Shown here: positions 9,083 to 22,200 of the stretch, one piece after another | Numbering within the stretch: the stretch's first letter is position 1 | Layout of the letters: each line of letters opens with the position of its first letter | NCBI GenBank assembly: GCA_020891255.1 | Contig: BQFW01000010.1 | Coordinates: 1,426,001 to 1,490,000, forward strand | Direction of reading: 5' to 3' | Length of the DNA: 64,000 nt | Origin: Entomortierella parvispora E1425 | Lineage: Eukaryota; Fungi; Mortierellomycota | The notes under the pieces: model-generated | The model's database searches: none | Seen by the model: the letters and a program-made list of their open reading frames with translations, nothing else | Told to the model about the DNA's origin: nothing | Made by a program: the position numbers and the translations under genes

Positions 9083-11017
9083 CTAGGCGGCCATCTCCTG
9101 CTGCTCCTCGGCCTGAGTCTGTCGCTGCTTCAGGACAAGCTCGTTGCCAGTCACACGCTTATAAAGGTCCTTGACATCGTCGCAAACAGTCTCAAAGTGA
9201 GAAGTGGCATCGTACGATCTGGAGACAAAGACGTTGTCCTGGCGACCATCATGGATGGGCTCGCAAATGTCGGCAATTTGAACGAACCTAATGATATAAT
9301 AGAAAGACGCATATAAAAGTCAGCAAACTGTATCAGAAGACAGGTCATCTGTGCCTGAATAGAATTGAATTGAGGCGTACTTCTCAACAATGGGTCCAAG
9401 GAGGTTGAGACCGGGCTGGATCTCCTCTTGTGGGTTGTCAGTTTCGATGATGGTCGAAACAATGGCGAGGTAGTGGTTCTTCTCGCAGACGTTGTGCGAG
9501 GCAGAGACTCCGGCAATGTAGATATCGTTCTGGCGCTTAACCTGGTTCTGGGGGATGATCAGCTGGAACGAGTCCACGCTATCGGTGTTGGGGATGGGCC
9601 CATTGAGCATGCAGATGGCACGAATGACACGGTTAACCTTGTGGACCTTCTCGGGAGCATAGGAGGGGTCGCAGATGACCTGGTTGCACTTGGCAACTTC
9701 ATCGCCGCAGCGAACACCAACAACCTTTCCGTCCTCGTAGATAATCTCATCCACCTTCTTGTCCAACATGTAGGTACCTCCATAGATGGCACTCAAACTG
9801 CAAGCATTTTGCGCATATGGAAATGAAAAACAGCGTTAGGAACAGCCAAGAAACGAAAACTGGCATCTAGTGACAAAGGTATACACATACCGAGCGAAAC
9901 CCTGAGGAAGCTCGCCAAGACCGTAAAGAGGGTACAAGTAAGGCGACTTGCCCCAACGAGCCATTGAAGACATGTACAAGGTGATGCGGTCAAAAGTCTC
10001 CAAGGCAGGGCGGTTAATGTAGCTGTATTAGGATGACAGAGAAAAGGATGTCAATAAATGACTAGATCAATCATATCCCTTCCCCTCGACTCCGTATTCT
10101 GCGCGTAAACTTTACCTGTCATCCAAGTGGAGGGCAAGGGCGTGTCCAATAAAGTCAATGGTGCCAGCCTCGAGTCCAAAGTATTTGTAAACGGCCTCCA
10201 TGGGGGTAATGTTGATATCCATGCCCTGGTGGGTCGAGGGGTCGTCCTTTCTGTAGTTCTGGACAAACTCAAAGAACTTCTTGGCTCTGCGCTTCTCGAA
10301 AAGACCCATCAAGGGGGAGCGAACAGCCTCCATCTCGGTGGCAGGGACCTTAGCGATCCTGCCGTCACGGTAAACATAAGAGCCAGCAATTTGCTTGAAC
10401 TCCAAGTAACGGGTGACATCGGTGTGAGTCAAGATTTTGACCAATTCTCCGTTGGCCATCATGAACTTGGGAATCAAGTCAATGTTGTAGTCGCGGTCGC
10501 GTCCAAGCTTCTGGTCAGGGGTCTCGCCTTCACGGAACTTTCTGTAAATCTAATACCAATAAAAGAATATAATGTCAACAGGTCAGCTGTGCGGCTCATT
10601 TACTGTGGTTTCTTTATCGTGTATCTCCAGAAAACAGGTTGCTGTGCAACATCCCATGGTCACTTGTGCTGCCTTGGTTTTTTCACGCATTCATACCTGA
10701 GTCAACGTCAAACTGGCACTCTCGCCTCCATAGTAGTCATTGCGATCCATGTGAAGGACCTTCTTGCCCTCAATGGACAAGAGACCGGAAAGAATGCACT
10801 CGGTCAAACCGGTGCCCAAAACAACGACATCGTATTGCTCATCCTAGCCAAGGATGAAGAATGAAAGAGATTGTTTAGCACCTTGCACAAAAAAGAAGCA
10901 GGTTCGAACGCCTTCGACGTGATTCCTTCAGTTTATCCTCGACTGGCAAGTTATCCTTGCGCAGGTGGACCAGGAGGGGTATCTGTCCAATTGTCTCTTT
11001 CGCGATGCACTCACCAT
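9083..11017 (-). CDS. GDI1: Rab GDP-dissociation inhibitor, multi-exon, ATG-only first coding exon
   Basis: ATG|GTGAGT at 11017-11015, acceptor at 10844, then [45 protein letters not shown]; [36 protein letters not shown]; [10 protein letters not shown]; [17 protein letters not shown] at 9083-9085. Confidence 0.96.
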
Positions 11018-11507
11018 GGCTGCTAGTTGGAATGTTAGGGGGGTGTGTGTGGTGAAGAGAAGATGATGAGCCAAGAATGACTCGCATGCTTCCTTTCCCC
11101 TGGACCAGCACGCCTCCCTCCTGGACATGTGACGTCGAATCAAATGGATCACGTGAGTAAGTTTATTGGTGGCGCTTGAACGCGCTTCGCCGGGCGATAG
11201 CACTTGACGGATTGAGAATGAAGCCTCCATGAGCATTCCCTCCTGTCAAAATTAGATACACTTTCGTCGTTCTTTCCTTCAGTATGCTGGAACGCAATCA
11301 CGGTAATAGGTGTGAACATCTAAGGAGCGCTGGATTGGTCGACACGTGTTGTTTAAAACCCCTTCTCTCTCTCGTTTGAATGCCTGTTCCGAACACATTC
11401 ATTCTCAAGTAGCCTGTTCTGAATTGCATCGATAAAGTTTTTTTTTTATTGCCAAAGGGAGGAGCTCTCGACGAGAAGCCATAGGTGGAAGGCTAAAGAC
11501 GGACATA

Positions 11508-11672
11508 TTACATGCACTCGCAGCGATTGCCGACAGGGTAGCACTCAATTGGGCAGCGGCCAATGAAAGCTTCGGCCTCATTCACGCGACTGGGAGCGGC
11601 GGCGGCACCCTGAGACAGGAGAGCGACGGCAGAGAGGACCAGAACAGCAAGGGTAGGGATGGTGAACTTCAT
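11508..11672 (-). CDS. Small secreted cysteine-rich peptide precursor (54 aa), below the ORF-track cutoff
   Basis: MKFTIPTLAVLVLSAVALLSQGAAAAPSRVNEAEAFIGRCPIECYPVGNRCECM-stop. Classic MKF signal peptide, strong start context (TTCACCATG), C/T-ending codon bias like the highly expressed genes here, TATAAA about 105 bp upstream. Confidence 0.8.
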   Translation of the reverse strand: MKFTIPTLAVLVLSAVALLSQGAAAAPSRVNEAEAFIGRCPIECYPVGNRCECM

Positions 11673-11775
11673 GGTGAAATTAGGTGGTGGGTTGGTGGAT
11701 GATGTTGGGTGATGTTAAGGTATCAGAGGATTGAAGAGGAGGAAACAAGAATGGAAGCAAGATTCCATCCAGGAA

Positions 11776-11781
11776 TTTATA
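11776..11781 (-). promoter_or_regulatory. TATA box (TATAAA) of the peptide gene
   Basis: TTTATA on + at 11776-11781, about 105 bp upstream of the ATG at 11672, with a CA-rich leader between. Confidence 0.55.
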
Positions 11782-12959
11782 TTCTTTTTTTTTGTTCATG
11801 GACGGCATCCTTGGCCACAATATTCAGCAACAAGCTCTCCCTTCTGACCAAGTGTTTGACCTGTTAGTCAGGTAGTCGAATACCTAACTGCGATAATGGT
11901 GGATTCCAATCGAGAGCCTTCCATGACTTTTGCCACTGGATATGATGTTGGGAGATGCGTGTTTGTATCAATCACCCGTTACTTTCAAGTGGGAGAAGGG
12001 GGCAAACGATGTAACCAGAGGCGCGTTTCCAAGGGGGGCGAGGTGCCAGAGTCGAACTTTGGATCCCACACCCCCTGCATGCGAGTGCTTCCCCGGTAAA
12101 CAATCAGGGCGAATGTGGACAAGGGCGATCGTGGGCAAGCAGGAAATTGGTTTAATGCAGAGCTTCAACCGTTTTCATCTTTGCCTTCGCCCTCGTACGT
12201 TCTGTTCAGGATGCATGTCGCAAACGCTCAACGACATTTGCCCTTGTTTTTCTTCCCTTGGAATCAAGGACTCAAGGAAACAGTGAGCGGTTTTGTGTTT
12301 TGTGCCAGCAGACAAGGAAGATTCTATTTTTTCTATCTTGCCTATCGTACATGTAGAGCAAGACCATGCATGCCGCATGATTGTTCGTGCTTCCAGGTTT
12401 GGGGGGCATGGGTTGTTGACGAGAAACCAGCCCGCTTCTTGCCAACAAAAGTTCCCACGTCGAAAACATCAAGACAAGGGCCGACTGTTTGTCATTTGAC
12501 GAATTCCATCAAAAATAAGGAACATCGGCTTTGAATTGCATGGGGGTTTTTTTGTGCAACGCGTTCGCAAGGAACCAATCATGACGCGCGCTTTGTCACA
12601 AAAGAGAATGGTCTGTACACCGCGGATGAGCTTGAAAGATGCAGCCAGGGCTGGCCGTTGTGCATTACATCTATTGAACTGCAGCCCTCGGAATCCTAGG
12701 GTTCGTGGGACGTTCTCGGTGGTGCGATCTTTGCCCTCAATGCGCTCCTCTCGTTCAATATCAAACAATGGGGGCAAAATGGGGGGTAACGTGCTGGGTT
12801 GAATAGGATTGCGTCTCTATGTTTTTCATGTCAGTCGAACATTCTTTTTCATCAATACATTACGCGCAAGGGTTCTCATAGTGGGCCTTGGTACTAACGT
12901 CCAACTCCCTGAACTCCTCCGAGATCCTGCACTGACGAGATTAGAGCCCCTGTCTACAG

Positions 12960-13544
12960 TCTCCTTGACCTTCCAGGGCGCAGGAGACCTTTTGATGATT
13001 TCAATCTAAGTAGGGCACAAACACGGGCCCAAAGAGAAGAGGGATCGAAAAAGGAAAGGGTAGAGTGGGGCAACGAGGATCTCCGAGTCCAACTACCAGA
13101 GTACCCGCCCTCGTCCGCACCCTCAGCTAGGCTATGTTTTGTATCATATCGCACTGGGGAAGAAGGATCACAGCATGCTGCTTTTTATTCACATACAATT
13201 TGCCAGGCTAATAATACAGTCATACTGTGCCCTTTGTTGTCTTTACAACAATGCTCATCAACAAACAGCATCCTGCAGAGCCGGAGGTATCAATATCAAG
13301 TTCCAGTATCTTCTCTCAACTTTCAGCGACGTTGATCCCGCAAAAGGATTCGGAGCACCACAGGTTACTAGGTCCACTTTTCGATGTTTGGCCGATCAAC
13401 AAAGTCCTTCTAGAAAAGTCAACTTACATCCTGCATGGTAGCGGTGAAGGTGGATCCAGAATATTGGAGAGCAGCAGGGCTTCTTTTGACAAAAGCTTTG
13501 TCTACCCACTCGTGATTAAAAAGCCGAGGAACGCTATCTTTTAG
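12960..13544 (+). CDS. Possible spliced hypothetical gene (5' end not resolved)
   Basis: Open frame LLDLPGRRRPFDDFNLSRAQTRAQREEG...PSARLCF after a CAG acceptor at 12959 can splice in phase (GTATCA at 13141 to CAG at 13268) to HPAEPEV...LSATLIPQKDSEHHRLLGPLFDVWPINKVLLEK...VYPLVIKKPRNAIF. No in-phase start exon found. Confidence 0.25.
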
Positions 13545-14767
13545 CCTTGGACCATATCCTCCAAGAGGCGAAGCACACGGATCTGAGAGGCAATCATGGC
13601 CGGATCCTGAGATCGTGTCATCATCGGCACACCAAACAACGCAAGGGTATCTTGAACATGAATAATTTCAGCATCCATAGCTTGAACCACGCTTCGATCG
13701 AAGCGATTCAGCTCGTCACGATGTGCTGCTTTGACAACTCGCGTTTGCTTGGTAACATCGACGCCCATGATCTCGCTGTATATCCATTGCGTTACAATCG
13801 AGGAGTATAGATGATTAGGGTCACTTCCATTTGGAATGTGTGGTCCAGCATAGCCGAGCGGCATCGTGGTTACCTGGCCTGGAGTTGGACGAGTTGCTGT
13901 GCTTGCTTTCCAAGAATGTTTGATCGCTCCTGGAAAAATGATCGCTCAACTTGCAGCTAAGGTGGATCGGCCAGAGTAAAGATAGGACGGCAAGGTTAAG
14001 TTCAAAGCCTCATTTACATAGCACAGGCCCGCCTATCGTACCTGTCTTTCTCGGAGCCGCATTATCTCCGAGAAAAGAGTGTTGCCCTCCCTTGAGTCTT
14101 TTTCGGCGAGATCAGCTAATCGCTTAAGTAGTTGTGGAGTTACTTTGCCATTGCTGTAATCTTCTGGCACGGAGGACAACAGCTGCGGTGACTGTGAGTC
14201 GTATCCAGTGGACCAGGATGCTGAAAGGGCCACAGGCGGTGCCATCGCAGACGTAGTCTCTGTTTCTCGGAGTTGCCGCAAGAGATCGGTGATGGAGGAG
14301 CCTGGATCGCTTGGCACGGGTGGTTGGTCGAGAGATGTATTCTGGTTGAATGAAGACAACAGGCTGTTCTGATGCTCATTTCCTAACACGCCACTTTCTT
14401 GTCTTTGCTGGCGGTGGGAGGCGTCGTATTCCTGACGCGCGGCTTGGATCGCAGACTCGGAAATAAATCCAGGTATTGAAGCCAGCTGAGCGAGTGCGTT
14501 GGGGCTCATGGTCTGAGCCGTAGCTGATGGAGCAAAAGGTTCTGGAGCTCCAGGTTGTGGCAGCAATGGACGAGCATTTGTAGAAGAAGGAGGGGGAAAA
14601 GGAGGAAGAGGAGCAGCAGAGACAGGAGGAAGGAACGTTGGGTTCATGGGCGTGTAGAACTTGGCCATGCGGGAGGTGGAGGATCTTGACGAAGCCAATG
14701 ACGCAGTGGAGGCAGCATTGTCTCCAGAAGTAGTGGCTCCTTGGCCAGGTTGTAATGGATGGGCCAT
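13541..14767 (-). CDS. DUF2458-like fungal hypothetical protein, 3 exons
   Basis: ATG 14767 (MAHPLQPG), low-complexity N-terminus, then LLKRLADL...IMRLRERQ|LQVERSFFQER...LQA|EIMG...ELNRFDRSVVQAMDAE...LALFGVPMM...QIRVLRLLEDM. Exons join in frame. The family assignment is from memory of the FD..V..A...LGVP pattern. Confidence 0.65.
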
Positions 14768-15109
14768 GGCCGTGGCAACGCGCAACAAAGGACTGATGAA
14801 TGAATGAATGAATGAATGACAAGAGATGGATCGTTGCATTTGAGGAATGATTGAATGCATGCTCGACGCGCATCAGAGTGCACGTGACACAGGCTTTCCG
14901 TTGCAGCAATATCTTCTCGCCTCTTGCCCTTCTTTGTCTTTTGTCTCTTCCCTCCTTGACCCAACACACCCCTCGCCCTGGGCCCTTCCCATCTCTTTGC
15001 CGAGTCAACCCCTCTACTCTTCACCCGTTCTCTCACCCTTGTGTATTCCCTTCAACCCCTCCTTCCTTCCGCACCCTTTCCTTCCCCCCCTGGTCGTCAT
15101 TCAATCACC
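14768..15109. promoter_or_regulatory. Putative bidirectional promoter, DUF2458-like / ATG22-like
   Basis: 342 bp between divergent ATGs; contains (ATGA)n and CT-rich tracts. Confidence 0.5.
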
Positions 15110-18100
15110 ATGCAAGACCGACGGGATATCATGTTCCAAGATCAAAAGAGCAGAGAGGATCTCGAGCTGGATCAGTTCAACAAGCACAATTCCTTTGTGC
15201 CAGAGGAGAGACCCTTGACCAAGGCTCAGATCCGTGGATGGTATGCACCTGCACTCAATCGCTCTAATCTTTTTCTCATCATTTGCAGCGAGCTCTTGGG
15301 TTCATTACCGTATTCGGTGATCGCGCCCTCGCCGCCGAGGCAGCCCTGTCTGAGCGGCGTAAAGTGAGATACAGGCTCAGCCGTGGATGCTCCACATGCC
15401 ATGCACCTCTCTGGCCATTGTGTCCCATGCGATAGCAAAGACTAGACCGACTCTTGCCCGTCCTTGCATTCCATCGACATGGAAGAATCGACTTATTGCT
15501 CTTTTTCTAACGTGTTTTTTCTCTCTCTCTTCTTCCTCGCCCTGTCTATGGTTCCTCCACAGGCTTGCATATGCTGTCGCTGTAAGTGCGTCTTTGTTTG
15601 TTGAGACCAACCAAAAGAGTTTCTTTTTCCGGTCAACGGACCATCGTTTTTGACTCTCACTTTGGATTTGAGTTCCAATTCGGCAACGCACACACTGGTG
15701 GACATGGACTCTTCTTCTTCCACACCCGCTGCCAAACTCAAAAAAAGCTTCCTTTGGACACACTCTGTCTGCTCTTTGCTTTACTTTTGCTTTTTGTGTC
15801 CAACGACAACAGCAGCAGTAGCAGCCGAGCAGCTGGACGACCAAATGGCACTCAAGTCCGGAAAATATCTTTTTCATTCAGCCGTGGTCACACAACCAAC
15901 CCTGAATTTCATACAAATTAATGACTAACGATCTGCCGTATTTGCATGTGCCTGTTAGGCCGAGCCTTACAGTGTTGTCTGTATTTCCGCTTTGGCACCC
16001 TTGGTCCTCGAGTCCCTTGCCAGCAACTACGGATATGAAACATCCGATCACTCTCTCAAATGTGACATGGTAAGATTGCATCTTCTTGTCCATACTTCAG
16101 TCACCCTTTTGCTATGGGACACGCGCACTGGTCATCCTTCTCCCGTGCTCCTTCGCCAGCAGGAGAGTCGGCTCTTCTTTTTCTTGCCCCTCGGACTTGG
16201 AAAGCGGGTAGCATCGAATCATGAAGGTCCATGTCTGCACGGGCAACCGGAGAGGATGTGGGAGAGGAGGAGTCAATGAGCACATAGTGCATGTACCTTG
16301 GTCCAGTATATGTACCTTTGCGTGCAAGAAAACCTTAGGAAGTCATAAGTCTTCTTTGACCGTGGGTTGCTCGAGGACCACAGGAACAAGTCAACCAAAT
16401 TGGGAGCTCGACGAGAAGGGCGTGCAGGGAACTGAACTTTGGAAAATACTTGCCCGATGCTCACATACTTTGCGAAACTAAAACTTTGCTTTTGTTTTCT
16501 TGCAACCCATTGTCCATTGGACTATAGAATAACCCAAATTACAGTGTAAGTAAGGAGGAGGGACATTCAGACGCAGGGGCAGGACTGAAGATTCTCCGTC
16601 TGTGGAGACAGCAGAAGCACAGGGAGAGAGCAAAGACGTTTACAATATGTATTCACTAATATGTCCATTCGACTACATTCGCAAACCCTTTATAGTGTGT
16701 TGTGCACCTAGGTGGACTCTGGCTCGATACCGCATCTTTCTCGTTGTACTGCGTCTCCGTCTCTGTGTTCCTTCAGGCCTTCGTCTTCATCAGCATGGGT
16801 GCTCTGGCTGATCACGGCAGTAAGGAAGCAACTGGGGACCTTGTCACGCTACCTTCTTTTTTTTCATTGAAATTGATTTTTTCTGTATCACTGTTGTAGC
16901 ACGCCGCAAGACTTTCATGCTCATGTTTTCGCTCATTGGATCGGTTGCCACAGCGCTCTTCGCCGCCATCACTAGCCCCCGTAAGTACTCAATTGAGCCC
17001 CCATCCCCCCGCTCCATCTCTTTCCCTTCAGCCCTGACAAATGGGGCCTGGGCGGATATCGACTCTCTTCCCATCGTGAGAAAACGGTGTCCACCAATTG
17101 GAGTATCGCATCTCTTTGTGAGAGCCGATTTTTCTGACGTGCTTTTTTTTATGTCGTCTCCTCTCATCTGATGATCTAGGCTTTTACTGGCTCGCCGGTA
17201 TTTTGGTCATTATTTCGAACGTGGCCTTTGGAGCCAGTTGGGTTTTCTATTACGCCTTCATCCCTACTTTGGCACGCGATCATCCTGATGTGATCGAGGT
17301 CCGACAAAACGTGGGCCGAGGATTGGAAACATGGGCCGATTACCAGTTTGTCAAGGATCGTGTCTCGAACACCTTGTCTAGTCACTCCATGGCCATCGGA
17401 TATGGTGCCGGTGTCTTTTTGCTGGTTGTGGCCGCGGGTGTAGCTTTGGCTATGAACCAGACAACGTACTCGATGCAATTGGGCATGGCAATCTCTGGAG
17501 TGTGGTGGTTCTGTGTCATGTTCTACACTTGGAAGAACTTGCTACCCCAGCCTGGTTTGCCTCTCAAGAACAACACCAACCTGTTCCTGTACTCTTGGAG
17601 ACGCTGTAAGTTTTCTCCTTTGCCAGTTATTTCCCCTCTCTTACTCTGGCTTTCGTTGACAGAGCTGACATGGTCTGCTTTCTCCTTCCTAATACCTATT
17701 TCTTTTATTCTCTTCATACTGAACGCTATCCAGTGGGCAAGACCTTGCACCAGGCCAGTATGCTCAAGGAGACTTTCAAGTACTTAATCGCCTGGTTTAT
17801 TCTGTCGGATGGAAGTTCGACCATCATCACGTTGGCCATGTTCATGGGCAAGAAGAACTTTTTGTTTGGGAACACTTTGTTGATGGTTGGAGCCATTGTG
17901 GTTCCAGTCGCCGCCCTGATCGGTACCTACATCTGGTTGTTTATCCAGCGGACGTTCCACTTAACGTCAAAACAGGTCCTGATTATCATTTCTTGTCTCT
18001 ACGTGCTGGTCCCTGTCTATGTGCTGATCGGATTCTCGGGCAAGATTGGACTTGTGCACGAGTGGGAGGTTTGGATGGTCCTTCCTTACTTTGGTCTGAT

Positions 18101-18392
18101 GTTGGGTTCTTCACAGTCGTACTCTCGTGTGTTGTACGCTTCCTTGATTCCTCGGGGTAAGGAGTCCGAGTTCTTCTCGTTGTATGGTATCACAGACAAG
18201 TCGTCCTCTTGGTTGGGACCTCTTATCACCGGTGCCATCATCTCTAACCACGATACCCGCTGGGGCTTTATCTTTCCCTTGGTGATGATGTTCATCCCCA
18301 TCTTCATCATCTCCTGGGTCAAAGTGGAGAAGGGTATCAATGACGCGGAGCGCTTCGGCGAGGAGCACACGGACGACAGAGATGGACTCTAA
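15110..18392 (+). CDS. ATG22: ATG22-like MFS vacuolar amino-acid efflux transporter, multi-exon with two microexons
   Basis: Spliced protein reads LTKAQIRGW|LAYAVA|AEPYSVVCISALAPLVLESLA...KCDM|NNPNYS|CVVHLGGLWLDTASFSLYCVSVSVFLQAFVFISMGALADHG...; SQSYSRVLYASLIPRGKESEFFSLYGITDKSSSWLGP is the Atg22-family C-terminal motif; many TM segments. Confidence 0.9.
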
Positions 18393-19241
18393 GACAAAGG
18401 ACATGTAGATTTTCAATGTAATAAACGCGTCTAACAGATCAACGACCAAAGAGAAAGCAGATAGCTGATGGTGATGGTGGAACTCGGACTTACTCCTCCT
18501 TCTGCCGATTCTACCCTGGTCCTTCATTCTATGCCTGTTATCTTTTTCGTATTCCCTCATTTGTTTAGACACAAATCAGAATCAGAGTCATGAAGAGAGT
18601 CACCCTTCGTTTCGTTGAGCACCTTTGCCCTGGGAGGTTTTATTGGGGAAGGTGTCCGCAAACTAATAAGTCCATTATCAGAGAAGGATGTCATGTTTTA
18701 CTTTTACCGATCACAGAGCCTCCCCCTTGCCTATGCCACCATCGCCTGGCCAACTCATGCAGATACGGAGTAGTAGTCATCGTGGATTAAATGTCGTTGA
18801 CCGTGTAGAGGTCAAGGTCCAGAGGTCCAGAGAGCCTGCTGCAGAACAACAAGACAGAAGGCCTCTCATCTCAAATATCATCGTCTTGGTGAGAACTGCT
18901 TCGTTCATTTGTCAACCCAGTTGCCAGATCCGTCGTCTAACCCCAAACCGATGATACTCTTCACGCTACTGTTGAAAAAGAGAGGGCACCGATGACGAAA
19001 CGCTTTTGTAGGTAGAGTATGTGGTCTAGCATAAAAGGTAGCAGGTAGCAAGCATGCCACGAACGGGTGGAAGGGGACCACACAACATTTCTGAAAATGG
19101 AGTCCATATGAGATTTTGAAGAGTACGAAGGGGGTGGGGGTGGGTATATTGGTGTTTTTTTGCAGAGTTTTTTTCTACGATAAGTTAAATACTTTCAAAA
19201 AAATAAAAATAAAAAAAATGGTGAAGAGGTAACAGAGGATA

Positions 19242-22200
19242 TTAAATGACTTTTGAAAATCGCTTGGTCTCGTCCGTGGACAACTTGAGCATCTCGGCCA
19301 CAACAGGGATCAATTGTTGCTGTAATTCATCAATAGGTCGAGGGAGAGAAGAGGAACAGTTATTAATGGCATTGAAGAGGGAAAAAAAAAAGGTCTATAG
19401 TATAGCCGGTCATTTCTCCTTACCCGACGCTCCTTGTGCTCCATAAAGTTCAAGAGGACGTTCTTCAAGTACTCGACATTGACTTCTTCTGGCTCATTCT
19501 GTTGCTTCACCTTGAACCTTGGTGTTGCAGGAGGGGTCATCAGTGGCGCACCTGCCACCACCTGGCCAGAAGTGTTGACAGAGTGAGGCTTTGGTGTGTT
19601 GGGGCTGTTCAAGAAGAGCTGTTGGCCCTTTGGCAACAGTCCGCCATGGTGAGAGCCGAGATTCTGCATGGGTGTCTGAGGTGGGTTGGATTGGGTATAG
19701 GGCGAGTTGGGAGACAGGGCCATGGGTGATGATCCTGCAGGGAGATGGCGTTGCAACTTGCGGACCTCTTCTTTCAAGGTCTAAAAAAGAGCGGGAGGAA
19801 AAGGTGGAAATCATGGCAGTTAAGAGTTTGGTCATCAAAACCTTGAAAACAACAACAATAAAAAAAGAAATCCAAGTTACTTTGTTAATGGTTCGAAGAT
19901 GGTTCTCACGCATCTTGAATTCTTCGACGGTCGTTTCGTGCGCAGTCTTTTCCTTGGCAAGCAACGCCTCCAAATCCTTAAAGTGCTGCACCTCTAGTTC
20001 CAAGTCTCGTCGACGACCAGTCAACTCCTCCGTCTTCTCCTCGAGCTGCTCAATGTCCTGCTCTCGTGTCTCCAACCGCTGCTTCATCTCCTCGACTTCG
20101 TCTTCCTTCTTCTTCTTGCCCTCCTTCAACTTTTCCACCTGTCGTTGCTTGTCAGCAACGTCCTTCTTCAACGCCACAATCTCCTGGCCCAACGTTTGCT
20201 CCGTTTGCTCCACAGTCTGGGTCAAGTCCTTCAAGCTCCTGCGGTTCATCTCACTCTCCTTGCGCCTCTCCTCTTTGCTCATCTTCAGCTGCCTCTCAAA
20301 TTCAGAAGCCTCGGATTTCAACATTTCCAATTCCGTGACCTTGGTTTCGGCGACCCGCTTGGCAATCGACGTCAACTCTTCCAATGTATCGACTCGGTTC
20401 CGAGCCTCCTTCAACTGACCTTGACACTCCTTGAGCTGGCCTTCCGTCGACTCTTGCATCTTTTGCAAGGTTTCCATCTCTGCCTGATGTCTCTTCAACT
20501 TTTCTTGAGAATCGCTCAAATCGGTGGTCAGCTGCTCCTTCTCTTTCTGAATCCGGTCACGTTCCTGAAGGGTCTTGACATGGGTAGCCTTGAGCTTTTG
20601 CAATTCGAGTGTGACGCTAGCGTGCTTGGTTTGGTTCAAGGAGGCAGCCGATTTGGCATCCTGCTTCTGTTTGGTCATGGTGGCCTTCAATGTCTCGATT
20701 TGCTCCTGGAGAGACTGCTTCTCCTTCTCCAGTTGGCTGATCTGCTGGCGGCTCTGTTCCAACAGGGCCTCGGTCGACTCGATCTTATCCTTGAGGGTGG
20801 AAAGGTCTTGGTCGCGTTGATGGATCGTGGATTTGGCAAGGGTGAGGGACTCCTTGCTGTCACGCTCACGCAAAGTCAGAGAGCGGATCTGGGACTGGAG
20901 ATCCGCCAGCTGTTCCTGAGACTCTGTCTTGGCAGTCAATAGCAAATCCGTATCACTCTGCAAGACGGTCAGCTTTTGAATTGACTGCTCGGCCTGAGAT
21001 GCAGACTCCTGAAGTTGGGACTCGAGCTTGACCCTTTGTTGGTCCAGAGTGTCGCGTTCCTGGGCCAAGGTCTCTACTTGGCGCGAAAGGGTGTCGATTT
21101 GATGTGAGGTGGATTGTCTCAGCTCCTGCACCTGAGTCTCGAGCACAGCACGTTGGCCATCAAGAGAGTCGCGTTCCTGCTTCAAGGCCTCAACCTCCTT
21201 CGTAAGAGCCTCGATTTCCTCTGAAGTGGACTTGCGCAGGTCGTCCAATTGGGCCTTGACTTGCTCCAACTCCGTGGACCGACTCTCTAGGTCAGAGGTC
21301 AGAGTTTGGATCCTCTCCTGTGTCAATTGCTTCTCGGTTTGGGATCCGCTCAGAGTCTCCTCCTTGAGAGCCAAGTCAGATAAGGCACGATCTCGTTCCG
21401 ATTGCAAGACCAAGATCGACTCTGCAGACTCCTGTCGGACTCGCTTGACTCTTTCCTCCCTATCCGTGGTCAACTCTTCCGCCTCTGCCTTCAGTTTCTC
21501 CAGCTCCTCGCTCAGTTGATCTCGCTCCGCTGTCAACTCTTCGATTCGGCTTGTGAGGCTCTGCTCCTGACCGACTTTACATTCCCTCAGCTTCTCTAGG
21601 CGGCCCTCCAGCTTCACCACCTTCTCTACAACTTGATCACGATCTTTGGCCAGCTCGGTGACCTTGGCGCTGGCGAATCTCTCTGCGGTGCGAACAGCTT
21701 CCAGTTCCAGACGAACGCGCTCGATGCCTTCTGCGACTCGCTGCTGCTCCAATTCCTTCTCCTTCTCCTTTTCCTTGATCAAGAGATCGGATTGTTCCTG
21801 AACTTGAGCTTCCAAGGCTGCCTTTTGTTGGAGAAGCAGAGCGAGCTCTTTCTCGAACGACTGAACCTTCTCATAAGAATCGCGCTCGAACCCTTGGTGA
21901 AGTCGCTCCAATCGTGTCAATTTTTCAGAGAGCTCGGCACGTTCTTGCTTAAGCGAAGACAGTTCTTCTAGTCCAGAGATACGTCTTTGTTGAGGAGTAC
22001 TGCGATCGTTTGACTCGGAGGTGTCAGCCTTGCTTGACGCTTCTGCCTTGCTTGGCTCTCCAGTCGGCTTGGTGCTGTCCTGCAGGGTCTCCAGGAGAGC
22101 TGCCAATTCCGACTTCTTTGCTTCGAGTTCCTGGATCCGACCCGACTGGGTTGCCTCGAGCACCTCCATGTCCGCCAGTTTGGTTCTGATCTCTGCTCGC

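Noticed and set aside
11508-11522. Terminal CECM as a CaaX farnesylation signal (a-factor-like pheromone)
   Set aside because: A cleavable signal peptide routes the product to the ER lumen, and Glu at a1 is atypical. A disulfide role for these Cys is more parsimonious.
18590-19100. Pseudogene fragments between ATG22 and the golgin
   Set aside because: All frames are interrupted and no family motif was recognised.
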